Notes: generated from the sequence alone by a model not told the origin. A stretch of 39,913 nucleotides of DNA from an uncultured Heliobacteriaceae bacterium (GCA_964457105.1 CAYWDW010000001.1:1-39913); one strand, 5' to 3'. Numbered from the stretch's first letter, positions 26,149-36,749 are shown. Translations and numbers: made by a program.

Positions 26149-29076
26149 ATGAAGTCAGTGTTCCGTCTCTGTCTCGCGCTCGTTCTTGTAACCTTCACGC
26201 TGTTTGTATTCGGAAAACAACTCCGGCCCTCAGGCCTGCGGGCCGCTACCGCGCAGGCGGTGCAGGCGGCGCCGCCACCGGCCACTGCCCGCGCCGACCG
26301 CTTTGGCGCTTACAACTGGAGCATTGATTACGGCGCTTATCCGGGCGATGCGGGCGGCAATGACCGGCTCAACTGGGGCGCGGGTCAGGTTGCGGCCATC
26401 GGCAGCCGCGTCGTGCGGGTCTGGCTGGGGGCACGCGATATTTATTACGTCAATTCGCCGCAGCCTTACGATCTGGTCCGCGAAGCGTCGGGCGCGGCTT
26501 ATGACAAACTCTTCCGCGATCCGCGCTTCAGGACTTACCTGCTGACCGTCTATTCACGCGCTGATATGTCTGCTCAGTGGGCCGATGGTTACACGACGGC
26601 TGAATATGCTGCCGAACGCGCCGAGATTCGCGCGCTGGGCGAAACGCTGCTCAGCAATCCGAACTATGCGGACAAGACTTTCATCATTCTGAACTGGGAA
26701 GGCGACGGGATGATGGACGGGCAGTATAACAAGCAAAACGCGTGGGACCATTTCACCCGCTGGGTGCAGTCGCGGGCCGATGGCGTCAGTGATGCGCGTC
26801 AGACCTTTCCAGCGCAGGCTGCCCGGCTTTATTCGGCGCTCGAATTCAATGAAGTGCGGCGCAGTCGCACGGGACAGCCCTGCGGCACGCCGGTCAGCGA
26901 TCCGATCAAAGAGAATCCACTCAGGAACCGCTGCGTGATTGATTACGTCGCGCCCAGAGTTACGGTGGATTATTACTCGTACTCGGCCTATCAGTCGTTT
27001 TATGACCGCGTGAGCAATCCGTCGCTCAACGTCAAAGAGGCTTACAACCGCGATCTGAACTTTGCGCTGGCAAAGGTGCGCACGCTGCGACCTGAAATCG
27101 GCGAAAGCAATTTCATCATCGGTGAAGTCGGGTTCCCGCGCACAGACTTTGGCGAATGCTACGCGGCAGAAACGCTGCGCGAGGTGCTGGAAGCCGCCGC
27201 CGCGCCCGACAGCTTCCAGGTGTCATACGTCATGCTCTGGCAGATTGTGGATAACGGCCCGATCTGGGACGGCGACGGCTGGCCCGGTTTCGGAATGTAT
27301 CGCGTGCGTGACGGACAGCTTCAGCAGACCCAAAGCGGGCGCGTCTTTCAGGCATTTCTCGCCGGTCAGCAGTTCAATTTGCCCACCGATTGCCCGCGTG
27401 TGCGGCGCGGGCCTGAGGCCGGCATTCTTGATTCAAAGACCGGCACGCCTGATTTCACACTGGACCCCGGCAGCGTCATGGCCATTTATGCGCAGGGCTG
27501 CTGCCAGAATACGACCACGCCGTTTTCGCTGACGGGCAACACTGTGCGCGTCCGGCAGCGCAGCCGCGAAGCGTTGCTGCCGCGTGACAATGGCGAATCG
27601 TTTTATGAATCGCCGGTGCAGATCAATGCGGCGCTGCCGCCCGTCAGGCATCCGGGCTGGGCGCTGGTTTATGTGACCGATCAGCGCGGCCTTGACAGCA
27701 ACGGGCAGTATCTCAATCTGAAATGCGAAAAGTGTCCGGCCATCAGAGAAACTTACGGCGTTCTCAATGCGGCAACGCAGATGGACGGATTCTTTCCCGG
27801 CGGGTTCATTACCATTTCCGGCGAAAGATTTTCGGAGACCGGAAATCAGGTCATCATCGAACAACTCGATAATCAGCAGGCGACGCGCTCGTGGACGCTG
27901 CCAGCCAGTCTGACGATGAACGACGGCGCGCCGCAACTGACCGCGCAACTGCCGTCGGAACTGACGGCTGACCGCTTCGCCTGGCTCTACACCATTGATT
28001 TGCAGGGTCGCCGGTCAAACCTTGTGCGCCTGCTGATCAGCCTTGAATGCCCGGCCTGCGGGCCGAACCTGCGACCGGTCGCGGGCGTCATCAATCGCTT
28101 TTCGGGCAAGGCTGATTTTCGCCCAGGCGCCGGCATTGAAATTCGCGGCATCAACTTTTCAGCCAGCGGCAATCAGGTGATTGTCGAGCAGGGCGCTGAC
28201 CGCTATGTCCTCTCGCGTGACAGCGGCTGGTCTGAATCGCCCGTCAAAATCACGGCCTCGCTGCCCGGCGCGCTGCAACCCGGCAATGCGGTGATTTACC
28301 TGATTGACGCGGCGGGCCGCGAAAGCGGGGGACGCGATCTGACAATCACTTCAACTCCGGTGGCCACCGTTTCCGCCGCCAGTTACAGCGCCGCAGCGGT
28401 CGCGCCTGAAGCCATCGCCGCCGCCTTCGGCACGGGCCTCGCCACCCGCACGGAGAGCGCCCAGGGGCTGCCGCTGCCGGTGACGCTGGCCGACACGACG
28501 GTTTCCATCAAAGACGCTGAAGGCATCACGCGCGCGGCCTCGCTCTTTTTCGTTTCGCCAACTCAGATCAATTACCAGATGCCGCCCGGCACAAAACCCG
28601 GCGCGGCAACCGTCACCGTCGTCAGCAGCGATGGCTCGATCTCAACCGGCACGGTGCAGATTGCCAGCGTGGCGCCGGGCCTGTTCAGCGCCGATGCGAG
28701 CGGCAGCGGCCTCGCGGCGGCGTTTGTAGTGCGCGTCAAAGCTGACAATTCACAGATTTATGAACCCGTTGTCAGCTTCGATCCGGCGCAGAACAAAATC
28801 GTGCCGGTGCCGATTGACCTCGGCCCTGACAGCGAACAGGTTTACCTCGCGCTTTTCGGCACAGGCCTGCGCGCCCGCAGCAGCGAAGCGAATGTGAAAG
28901 TGACGATTGCCGGGCTTGACGCGACGGTAACTTACGCCGGAGATCAGCGGCAGTTGATCGGCCTCGATCAGATCAATGTCAGGTTGCCGCGCACGCTGGC
29001 CGGACGCGGCCTGGCTGAGGTGAACGCCATCATTGACGAGCAGAACGCCAACCCGGTGCAGGTGGTCATCAGGTAG
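26149..29076 (+). CDS. Secreted multidomain protein: clan GH-A-like TIM-barrel glycosidase-like domain + 3 IPT/TIG-like repeats + TIGR03437 C-terminal domain
   Basis: The ORF-track start is GTG at 26062. The ATG at 26149 gives a clean signal peptide (MKSVFRLCLALVLVTFTLFVFG). ILNWEGD and FIIGEVGFP resemble the acid/base (NE) and nucleophile (GE.G) motifs of clan GH-A. Three repeats of ~95 aa contain SGNQVI(I/V)EQ. The C-terminal ~215 aa are homologous to the C-terminus of the 23025 gene. Confidence 0.7.
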   Translation: MKSVFRLCLALVLVTFTLFVFGKQLRPSGLRAATAQAVQAAPPPATARADRFGAYNWSIDYGAYPGDAGGNDRLNWGAGQVAAIGSRVVRVWLGARDIYYVNSPQPYDLVREASGAAYDKLFRDPRFRTYLLTVYSRADMSAQWADGYTTAEYAAERAEIRALGETLLSNPNYADKTFIILNWEGDGMMDGQYNKQNAWDHFTRWVQSRADGVSDARQTFPAQAARLYSALEFNEVRRSRTGQPCGTPVSDPIKENPLRNRCVIDYVAPRVTVDYYSYSAYQSFYDRVSNPSLNVKEAYNRDLNFALAKVRTLRPEIGESNFIIGEVGFPRTDFGECYAAETLREVLEAAAAPDSFQVSYVMLWQIVDNGPIWDGDGWPGFGMYRVRDGQLQQTQSGRVFQAFLAGQQFNLPTDCPRVRRGPEAGILDSKTGTPDFTLDPGSVMAIYAQGCCQNTTTPFSLTGNTVRVRQRSREALLPRDNGESFYESPVQINAALPPVRHPGWALVYVTDQRGLDSNGQYLNLKCEKCPAIRETYGVLNAATQMDGFFPGGFITISGERFSETGNQVIIEQLDNQQATRSWTLPASLTMNDGAPQLTAQLPSELTADRFAWLYTIDLQGRRSNLVRLLISLECPACGPNLRPVAGVINRFSGKADFRPGAGIEIRGINFSASGNQVIVEQGADRYVLSRDSGWSESPVKITASLPGALQPGNAVIYLIDAAGRESGGRDLTITSTPVATVSAASYSAAAVAPEAIAAAFGTGLATRTESAQGLPLPVTLADTTVSIKDAEGITRAASLFFVSPTQINYQMPPGTKPGAATVTVVSSDGSISTGTVQIASVAPGLFSADASGSGLAAAFVVRVKADNSQIYEPVVSFDPAQNKIVPVPIDLGPDSEQVYLALFGTGLRARSSEANVKVTIAGLDATVTYAGDQRQLIGLDQINVRLPRTLAGRGLAEVNAIIDEQNANPVQVVIR

Positions 29077-29077
29077 C

Positions 29078-29980
29078 TCAGTTGCTGCCGCTCAACTTTA
29101 CTTTCATCGTGCCCTGCACTTTGTAGGTCGGCAGGGTCAGCTTGAGGTCAGTTGAATCACCGGTCATTTTGATGGTGGCCTGCAGGGTGGCCTGGGTTTC
29201 TGAGCTTTTGACGAAATTGCGATCCACGTTCATCAGCAGCGGGCCGCCGCCGCTGACCGTCATTTCAACGGTCGTCATCACCTTGCCCTGCGGCGTATTG
29301 ATTTCTGATGAAGAGTTCACTCTGCCGTCCAGGGTATTTTCAAACCTCGCCAGCCGGTCAGCGCCATCCTTTTCGACCGCGACCAGTTTGTATTTGTTGC
29401 TGCCGTCAAATTTCATCTGGCCTGCGCCGGGAACCGGCAGCGCCATCTCAAATGGCGTCGTGATGGTTTCGCCAATGGTCAGCGGCTTTTTCGGCACGAG
29501 GCCCATCAGGCCTTTGATCATTTGCTTGATGGTGTCAGCGGGCAGGCCCGGATCATCCGGCAGTTTGAGATCCGCGAGCGTGCCGTCCGGTTCCCAGATG
29601 GCAGTCATCTTTTTGCCGAGGAGCCGGTTGGCCTGCCCGCCGGAGGGCATCGGCGAGCCGTTCAGCGTCAGCTCAGCAACGGCTTCATCCCAGGTCAGTT
29701 CGGCGCTGAGCTGCCCCTTGTCATTCGGCTTGCCGGTCTTTTGCGTCATGGCAAAGACGGTTCTGCCGCTCATCTTCATCGGCCCCAGGCCAGCTACCGA
29801 CGAAGCGGCAGCCGTCTCAAAGCTGAGCTGAAAATCCAGCTCCTGCGTCATCTTCAGGTGAACCGTCTGTTCAGGCTGTGGCCGCAGATTGAAAGTGATG
29901 CTGTCAGCCTGAGCGGCAAAGATCACCGGACACAGGCAAAGCAGGATCGTCAGCCGATGAACTGAAAACCATGAAATCAT
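29078..29980 (-). CDS. Secreted protein of unknown function
   Basis: 300-aa ORF with a GGAGGA SD and an N-terminal signal-like segment (LTILLCLCPVIFAAQA). It lies 16 nt downstream of the TIM-barrel gene on the same strand. Its stop is 1 nt from the stop of the convergent 26149..29076 gene. Confidence 0.6.
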   Translation of the reverse strand: MISWFSVHRLTILLCLCPVIFAAQADSITFNLRPQPEQTVHLKMTQELDFQLSFETAAASSVAGLGPMKMSGRTVFAMTQKTGKPNDKGQLSAELTWDEAVAELTLNGSPMPSGGQANRLLGKKMTAIWEPDGTLADLKLPDDPGLPADTIKQMIKGLMGLVPKKPLTIGETITTPFEMALPVPGAGQMKFDGSNKYKLVAVEKDGADRLARFENTLDGRVNSSSEINTPQGKVMTTVEMTVSGGGPLLMNVDRNFVKSSETQATLQATIKMTGDSTDLKLTLPTYKVQGTMKVKLSGSN

Positions 29981-29996
29981 GTTTGTTTCCTCCGCC

Positions 29997-30881
29997 TCAG
30001 GCCGCGCGTTCGGCCAGCAGACCGCGAATGAATTTCAGGTTGGTGGTCATATCGTTTTCGACCGAACCGCTCGGCGCGTCGCATTCAAGCTGCGCCCAGT
30101 GCTGGTAGCCAATCCCGGCGAGCGCATCAATGACGGCTTTGAAATCAATTTTGCCCCGACCGAGATAATGCGGGTTGTCCTTGAGATGCACTTCGCAGAT
30201 GCGCGCGCGGCCCAGCCAGCGAATCTCTTCGATGATGTTGTAGCCTTCATTCGACGAATTGCCGACATCGTAATAGACCAGCACCGCCGGCGATTTGGCG
30301 CGCTCCATAATCCGCACGTTTTCACGCGCCGAAATGGTGTTTTCAAGGCCGAGAATGATGCCCGCCTTTTCAGCCAGCGGCGCCACCTCCCGGAGCGCAT
30401 CGCCGACGCGCTCCTGTTCAGCCTGCTGCTTGATCGCCCATTTGCCAAAGAACGGCAGCAGGATGACTTTGACGCCCATCGCCTTTGCAATCGGGATTGA
30501 TTCCGCCACCCAGCGCGGGCCGAGCGGATCGGACTTGAGGCCGTTCTGATGCAGAATGTCGAGGCACAACGAAGCAATCGGCAACCTCAGCCGTTTCGAT
30601 TCAGCGAGATATTTCTGCTGCAATTCCCTGTCGGCCAGCGGCAGGCGATCAGGCGCGCGGCCAATGCTGATCTGCACGCCGTCAAAACCGAGTTTGCGCG
30701 CCGTCGCCACAGCTTCGACCTTCACCGTCTGCCGCAGGTTCCAGTCCGGCACGCCAACTTTGAATTTCACGCCCTTCGCCGCGGCATAAGCCGCCAGCGA
30801 ACCGTGACGCCATAACCCGGCAGCCGCGAGGCCCGCCGCTCCAGCCTGCATAAATTCGCGTCGTGTCACACGCATCGTCAT
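29997..30881 (-). CDS. Tat-exported sugar phosphate isomerase/epimerase (xylose isomerase-like TIM barrel)
   Basis: The ORF-track version (to 31061) reads through the repeat element. The real start is the ATG at 30881 with AAGGAG upstream, giving MTMRVTRREFMQAGAAGLAAAGL (twin-arginine signal). The remainder resembles the AP endonuclease 2 / xylose isomerase-like TIM barrel family. Confidence 0.8.
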   Translation of the reverse strand: MTMRVTRREFMQAGAAGLAAAGLWRHGSLAAYAAAKGVKFKVGVPDWNLRQTVKVEAVATARKLGFDGVQISIGRAPDRLPLADRELQQKYLAESKRLRLPIASLCLDILHQNGLKSDPLGPRWVAESIPIAKAMGVKVILLPFFGKWAIKQQAEQERVGDALREVAPLAEKAGIILGLENTISARENVRIMERAKSPAVLVYYDVGNSSNEGYNIIEEIRWLGRARICEVHLKDNPHYLGRGKIDFKAVIDALAGIGYQHWAQLECDAPSGSVENDMTTNLKFIRGLLAERAA

Positions 30882-30980
30882 GGACTCCTTTTGAATTGAA
30901 AGTCTGCTGACCAGGAAAGTTTGCTGACGCGGCGGATTATACCCCTGACCAGCGCCTGGCTGAAGCGCGCGAGCCTGAGA

Positions 30981-31140
30981 AAAAGTCGGAAGTCGGTAGT
31001 CGGTAGTCGGAATTCGGCATGAAGAGAGGCCGCAGTCTGGCTGCTTCCTGTCATCTGCCATCTGTCATCTGCCATCTCGCTTTCAGCTTCCGAATTCCGA
31101 CTACCGACTACCGAATTCCGAATTCCGACTTCCGACTTCC
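30981..31140. repeat. Heptamer-repeat hairpin element, copy 2 (same family as 20290-20421, core inverted)
   Basis: The left arm is [GGAAGTC][GGTAGTC]x2[GGAATTC] (30988-31015). The right arm is [GAATTCC][GACTACC]x2[GAATTCC]x2[GACTTCC]x2 (31092-31140). The core holds TGTCATC/TGCCATC x4 (31049-31076), the reverse complement of the GATGGCA core of copy 1, with shared flanks (gaaagcga... and ...agactgcggc..ctcttc). The element ends 10 nt from the stop of the 31151.. gene. Confidence 0.88.
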
Positions 31141-31150
31141 TCCAGCGGCC

Positions 31151-31852
31151 TCAGAACGTCAGGCCGTAATAAACAAACAGCCCGTTATTTTTTTTGCCTT
31201 TGTTGCCGACGCTGTAGCCGACATTGAACAGGCTGTTTTTGGGCAGCGCGAAAGACAGACCCGGCGTGACATAACCAAAACCGTTGTGGCCGCTGAACCA
31301 GTCGGCTACAAAATTCACTTTGCGGCTGAGCGGCTGTTCGTAACCCAGCATCGCGCCGCCCTTGTCGAATCCTGCCGCGTCGTAATCAGCCAGGCCATAA
31401 CCACCGGCAGTGACGCGCGGGCCGTAAGTGCCTTTGAATTTTTTGCTGACATTGCCGTAGAAAAATCCGAACGAATCGTTCAGCCGCCGATCCTTCACCG
31501 GCACGTAAGCAATCGCGCCCGCCGTCAGGGCTGTGCCGGCATCTTCATTCGCGTAAAACTGCCACTTGATGTTCGGCTGCACATAAACCGTCGTGGGCGC
31601 CAGTGAATGCGTCGCGCCCACATTGACGCCGACTTCGACGCCCCTGCCGACGCCGACCACCACGCGCGGCACGTAAGTCTGAAAGCCGCCGTTGTCGTGG
31701 CTTTCACAGTGCGTGATGAAATCGAATTCAAAGTAAATCTTCTTTTTCGTCACGACATCAGTCGAAGGGATATTGAAGATCGTTGATTGCGCGAGGGCCG
31801 GCACGCTCAGCACGGTGAGCATTGCGGCCAGGCAGATTCTGCGGATGGTCAT
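31151..31852 (-). CDS. Outer-membrane beta-barrel (porin-like) protein
   Basis: The likely start is the ATG at 31852 (AGGAGG upstream), giving MTIRRICLAAMLTVLSVPALAQ (signal peptide). The sequence has alternating beta-strand patterning rich in Gly and Tyr, and a C-terminal ...VYYGLTF ending in aromatic Phe, typical of OM barrels. Confidence 0.6.
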   Translation of the reverse strand: MTIRRICLAAMLTVLSVPALAQSTIFNIPSTDVVTKKKIYFEFDFITHCESHDNGGFQTYVPRVVVGVGRGVEVGVNVGATHSLAPTTVYVQPNIKWQFYANEDAGTALTAGAIAYVPVKDRRLNDSFGFFYGNVSKKFKGTYGPRVTAGGYGLADYDAAGFDKGGAMLGYEQPLSRKVNFVADWFSGHNGFGYVTPGLSFALPKNSLFNVGYSVGNKGKKNNGLFVYYGLTF

Positions 31853-32087
31853 TGGTGTTGCCTCCTGACGGTTGTGGTGATGACCGGAACCGCCAGCAGG
31901 CGGGCTGATGACAGGGAGCCTGCGGCCTGGCAACGCGCCGAGCGAGGTTTTATACTCAGCGCGTAATCGGACTGGGTTCCTGTCAGCAGGTTTCCGGTGC
32001 GGTTAGGACAGGGGGAAGCAGCAGGATGATGTTGCAGCATCATCAATCAAGCTGGTGCTTCCCCTGCTTCATTTCAGGGCCTCGAAA

Positions 32088-33922
<1,835 letters not shown>

Positions 33923-33985
33923 AAGTGATGACTCCTTTGAGTGATTGAAGACTGGCCCCGCTGACCGGCGGCCAGATCGCCCGGG

Positions 33986-36697
33986 CTATGCGCCTGCGGG
34001 CAGCGACGGGGTTGATTCAGGACTTTCGCTGAGCGCCTGCCGGATGGCCGCTTCAAGGCGCGGCAGTTCGGCCTCAGGCAGCTTGTCGCCAGCGGCATCG
34101 GTGATGCTGAAAATGTCGAGCGCGAGATGCTTTTCAGTAGCGACTTTGGCAAAGACGATGTCGAGATCGAGCGCCGCCAGCGTGCTGGCAATGCGATAAG
34201 CCAGACCGAGCCGGTCGCCCGTCCGCACTTCGAGAATCGTGTTTTTGTCCGATGATTCGTTGTCCCACGTGATGCGCGTCGGCACGGGTTTGTGCAGCGC
34301 ACGGCGACGCGGACGCGCAGGCTGTGATTTCAGTTTCCTGGCGACGGCGGCGGCAACATTGAGTTCGCCGGTCAGGGCGCGCCTGATTTCATTGTCAATC
34401 CGCTCCCACCGCTGCGGGTCGCTGAGCGGTTCGCCCACCGTGTCACAAACCTTGAATGAATCAATCGCCACGCCGTCGGCGCGCGTGTTGAGGTTGACGC
34501 TGAGGATGTTGACGCCCTGCGCCGCAAGCGTCCCGGCAATCCGGGCAAACAGGCCGCGCCGGTTGCGGGCGCACAGATGCAGATCGGTGCAGCGCGCCTG
34601 CGCATTGACGCGCCAGCTTGTCCGCACAAGGCGTGAATTGAGCGAATGCGCCAGGCGAATGTGTTCGATGATGACCTGCGGCGCAATCAGCCTGGCATAA
34701 TCAGTTGGCAGCAGGCTGAAATGCTCGCGCACTTCGCTGATTCCGATTTCGCTGATCAGCATTTGCGCGATGTGTTCGCGCAGCCGCTCGACTGAATCAT
34801 CGCTGCCCTGCGACGGCTCCAGCACGCGCCGCGCCTTCTGATAAAGTTCCCAGACCAGCGCATCCTTCCATTCATTCCACACGCCCGGCCCGACGCCGCT
34901 GATGTCGCCAAAGGTGAGCAGCGCGAGCAGATTCAGATTTTCAATCGTCCCGACCTGCGCCGCGAAAGTCTGAATCACTTTTTCATCGGCCAGGTCGCGC
35001 CGCTGCGCCGTGTGCGACAGGGTCAGATGATGCTGCACCAGAAATTTCACCTGGCCGGTGATGGCAGGCGCAAGCTGCAGGCGCTGACACACGCGCTCGG
35101 CAATCACCACGCCTTTTTCTGTATGCCCGCCGCCCAGGCCCTTGCCGATGTCGTGCATCAGCAGCCCCAGGTGCAGCACCGCCGGATCGCTGATTTCGCT
35201 GTAAAGCGCGCGCCAGCGTTCGAGCTGACGGCTGCGCGAATTGAACAGATCATCGAGCGCCTCAATCGCGCGAATGGTGTGTTCGTCAACCGTGTACTTG
35301 TGATAAAGGTCGTGCTGCACCAGGCAGGTCAGCCGCCCGAACTCAGGCAGAAAGCGCCCCAGAAAGCCCGCTTCATGCATCTGCCGCAACGTCGTTGCCA
35401 CACGCCCGCGCGCGCGCAGCATCTTCAGAAAAGCCTGCGCGGCTTCGGGCGATGAACGAAACACCCGGTTCACAAGCGGCAGGTGTGCCTGCACGAATTC
35501 ATCCAGCCCGCTGCCAAACGTCGCATTGGTCGCCTGCCCGTAACTGAAGGCCATCATCAGCCGTTCGGCGCTGACCGGCGCGGACCGGGCGTCGGCGGCG
35601 ATTTCAAGCGCGCCGTCGCGCATCACGAAACCGCCCAGCGCGGCCTCCCGAATGCGGCTGAACCAGCGCCGCTTCGGTTCGCTCGCCGCCGCTTTTTTCA
35701 GATGAATGTCGCAGAGCCGGTGCAGGCGCCGCGCGTGCAGGTAATAGTCGCGCATGAAAATTTCCGACGCCTGCAATTCCCTCGTGTCGGCATAACGCAG
35801 ATTGAAAGCCACCTGCGTTTGCAGGTCGAGCGTCAGCAGATCGGTGCGCCGCGCCGTCACAAAATGCAGGTCGTTGCGCACGCGCAGCAGAAAGTCATAC
35901 GCCGAGGTGATCGCTTTGGCGTCGCGCTCAGGCATTTGCCCGCTTTCGATCAGCGCCGGCATCGTCGCGTGCCCATAAGCCACGCGGCCCGCATAAAGCA
36001 GCGAATGCAGATCGCGCAACCCGCCGGCTGATTCCTTGATGTTCGGTTCCTGCAAACAGGCGACCTCGCCGAATCTGGCGTACCGTTCAGCGCGTTCATT
36101 CAGCAGTTCATCGAGCAAAGCTTTTCGGCTGGCGCTGAAGACTTCGTCATTCAGTTTTTGTTGCAGCGTTTCAAACAGCTCCCGGCTGCCCCACAGCAGC
36201 CGCGCATCAACGAGCGCATTGCGCGACACGCCGTCCTCTCTGGCCATGCTGACGCACTCGCTGAGCGACCGCGTGACCTGCCCGACGACAAACCCGGCAT
36301 CCCAGAGCAGGTAAATGATCGCTTCGCTCAGCCGCGCCGCTGCAGTCGCATCCCGGCGCCCGTGCAGAAACAGCACATCAATGTCTGAATGCGGCGCGAG
36401 TTCACGCCGCCCGTAACCGCCAAGCGCGATGATTGCAAACGGCGGCGACTCTTCAGCGCTGTGTCGGGCGGCTGCCGTGCGCGCCATGCGCTGAATCAGC
36501 AGATCAACAATCAGCGTGCGCGCCGCCACAATCTGCGAGCCGCTGATGCCGAAGCGGTGCCGCAGGTGCAGCCGCTGCGTTTCAATCTTCAGAAACTTTT
36601 TGAGCGCGACGAGCCGTTCGGCATCGTCCCCCTGGCTTTCAATCCGGCGCAGTTTTTCGCCCGCGTGCTGCTCGATAGTCTCGAAGTTGATCTGCAT
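33986..36697 (-). CDS. glnD: [Protein-PII] uridylyltransferase / uridylyl-removing enzyme
   Basis: 903-aa ORF with an N-terminal nucleotidyltransferase segment (ALGGYGRRELAPHSDIDVLFL), an HD domain (HDIGKG...) and two C-terminal ACT-like domains. An AGGAGG SD precedes the start. Confidence 0.9.
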   Translation of the reverse strand: MQINFETIEQHAGEKLRRIESQGDDAERLVALKKFLKIETQRLHLRHRFGISGSQIVAARTLIVDLLIQRMARTAAARHSAEESPPFAIIALGGYGRRELAPHSDIDVLFLHGRRDATAAARLSEAIIYLLWDAGFVVGQVTRSLSECVSMAREDGVSRNALVDARLLWGSRELFETLQQKLNDEVFSASRKALLDELLNERAERYARFGEVACLQEPNIKESAGGLRDLHSLLYAGRVAYGHATMPALIESGQMPERDAKAITSAYDFLLRVRNDLHFVTARRTDLLTLDLQTQVAFNLRYADTRELQASEIFMRDYYLHARRLHRLCDIHLKKAAASEPKRRWFSRIREAALGGFVMRDGALEIAADARSAPVSAERLMMAFSYGQATNATFGSGLDEFVQAHLPLVNRVFRSSPEAAQAFLKMLRARGRVATTLRQMHEAGFLGRFLPEFGRLTCLVQHDLYHKYTVDEHTIRAIEALDDLFNSRSRQLERWRALYSEISDPAVLHLGLLMHDIGKGLGGGHTEKGVVIAERVCQRLQLAPAITGQVKFLVQHHLTLSHTAQRRDLADEKVIQTFAAQVGTIENLNLLALLTFGDISGVGPGVWNEWKDALVWELYQKARRVLEPSQGSDDSVERLREHIAQMLISEIGISEVREHFSLLPTDYARLIAPQVIIEHIRLAHSLNSRLVRTSWRVNAQARCTDLHLCARNRRGLFARIAGTLAAQGVNILSVNLNTRADGVAIDSFKVCDTVGEPLSDPQRWERIDNEIRRALTGELNVAAAVARKLKSQPARPRRRALHKPVPTRITWDNESSDKNTILEVRTGDRLGLAYRIASTLAALDLDIVFAKVATEKHLALDIFSITDAAGDKLPEAELPRLEAAIRQALSESPESTPSLPAGA

Positions 36698-36733
36698 AAC
36701 CGCACCCGCCTCCTTTCGGGCGCTGCCGAAAAG

Positions 36734-36749
36734 AGCAAGCCGGGTGCCA
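36734..36749 (-). promoter_or_regulatory. Sigma-54 (RpoN) -24/-12 promoter upstream of glnD
   Basis: The minus strand reads TGGCAC-CCGGC-TTGCT, an exact match to TGGCAC-N5-TTGC. The -12 element lies about 37 nt upstream of the glnD ATG (36697), with the AGGAGG SD in between. Confidence 0.6.

Noticed and set aside
29074-29080. Convergent stop codons only 1 nt apart (TAG 29074-29076 on the plus strand, TGA complement at 29078-29080) with no terminator between the genes
   Set aside because: Tight convergent packing is common in compact bacterial genomes. There is no structure or motif here to suggest a function beyond possible transcriptional interference.
29997-31061. ORF-track N-terminal extensions: 29997..31061, 20429..21337, 31151..31933, 26062..29076 and 38221..39783
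   Set aside because: The extensions run through repeat elements or overlap upstream genes and lack SD sequences. Internal ATGs at 30881, 21214, 31852, 26149 and 39705 have good SDs or yield canonical signal peptides or N-termini, so the shorter models are preferred.
20290-31140. Treating the two related heptamer elements as terminal repeats of a 10.8-kb mobile element
   Set aside because: The enclosed genes (LolA-like, pcm, surE, secreted proteins, TIM-barrel enzyme) are housekeeping-like. No transposase, integrase or target-site duplication is visible. The elements are better explained as dispersed intergenic repeats.
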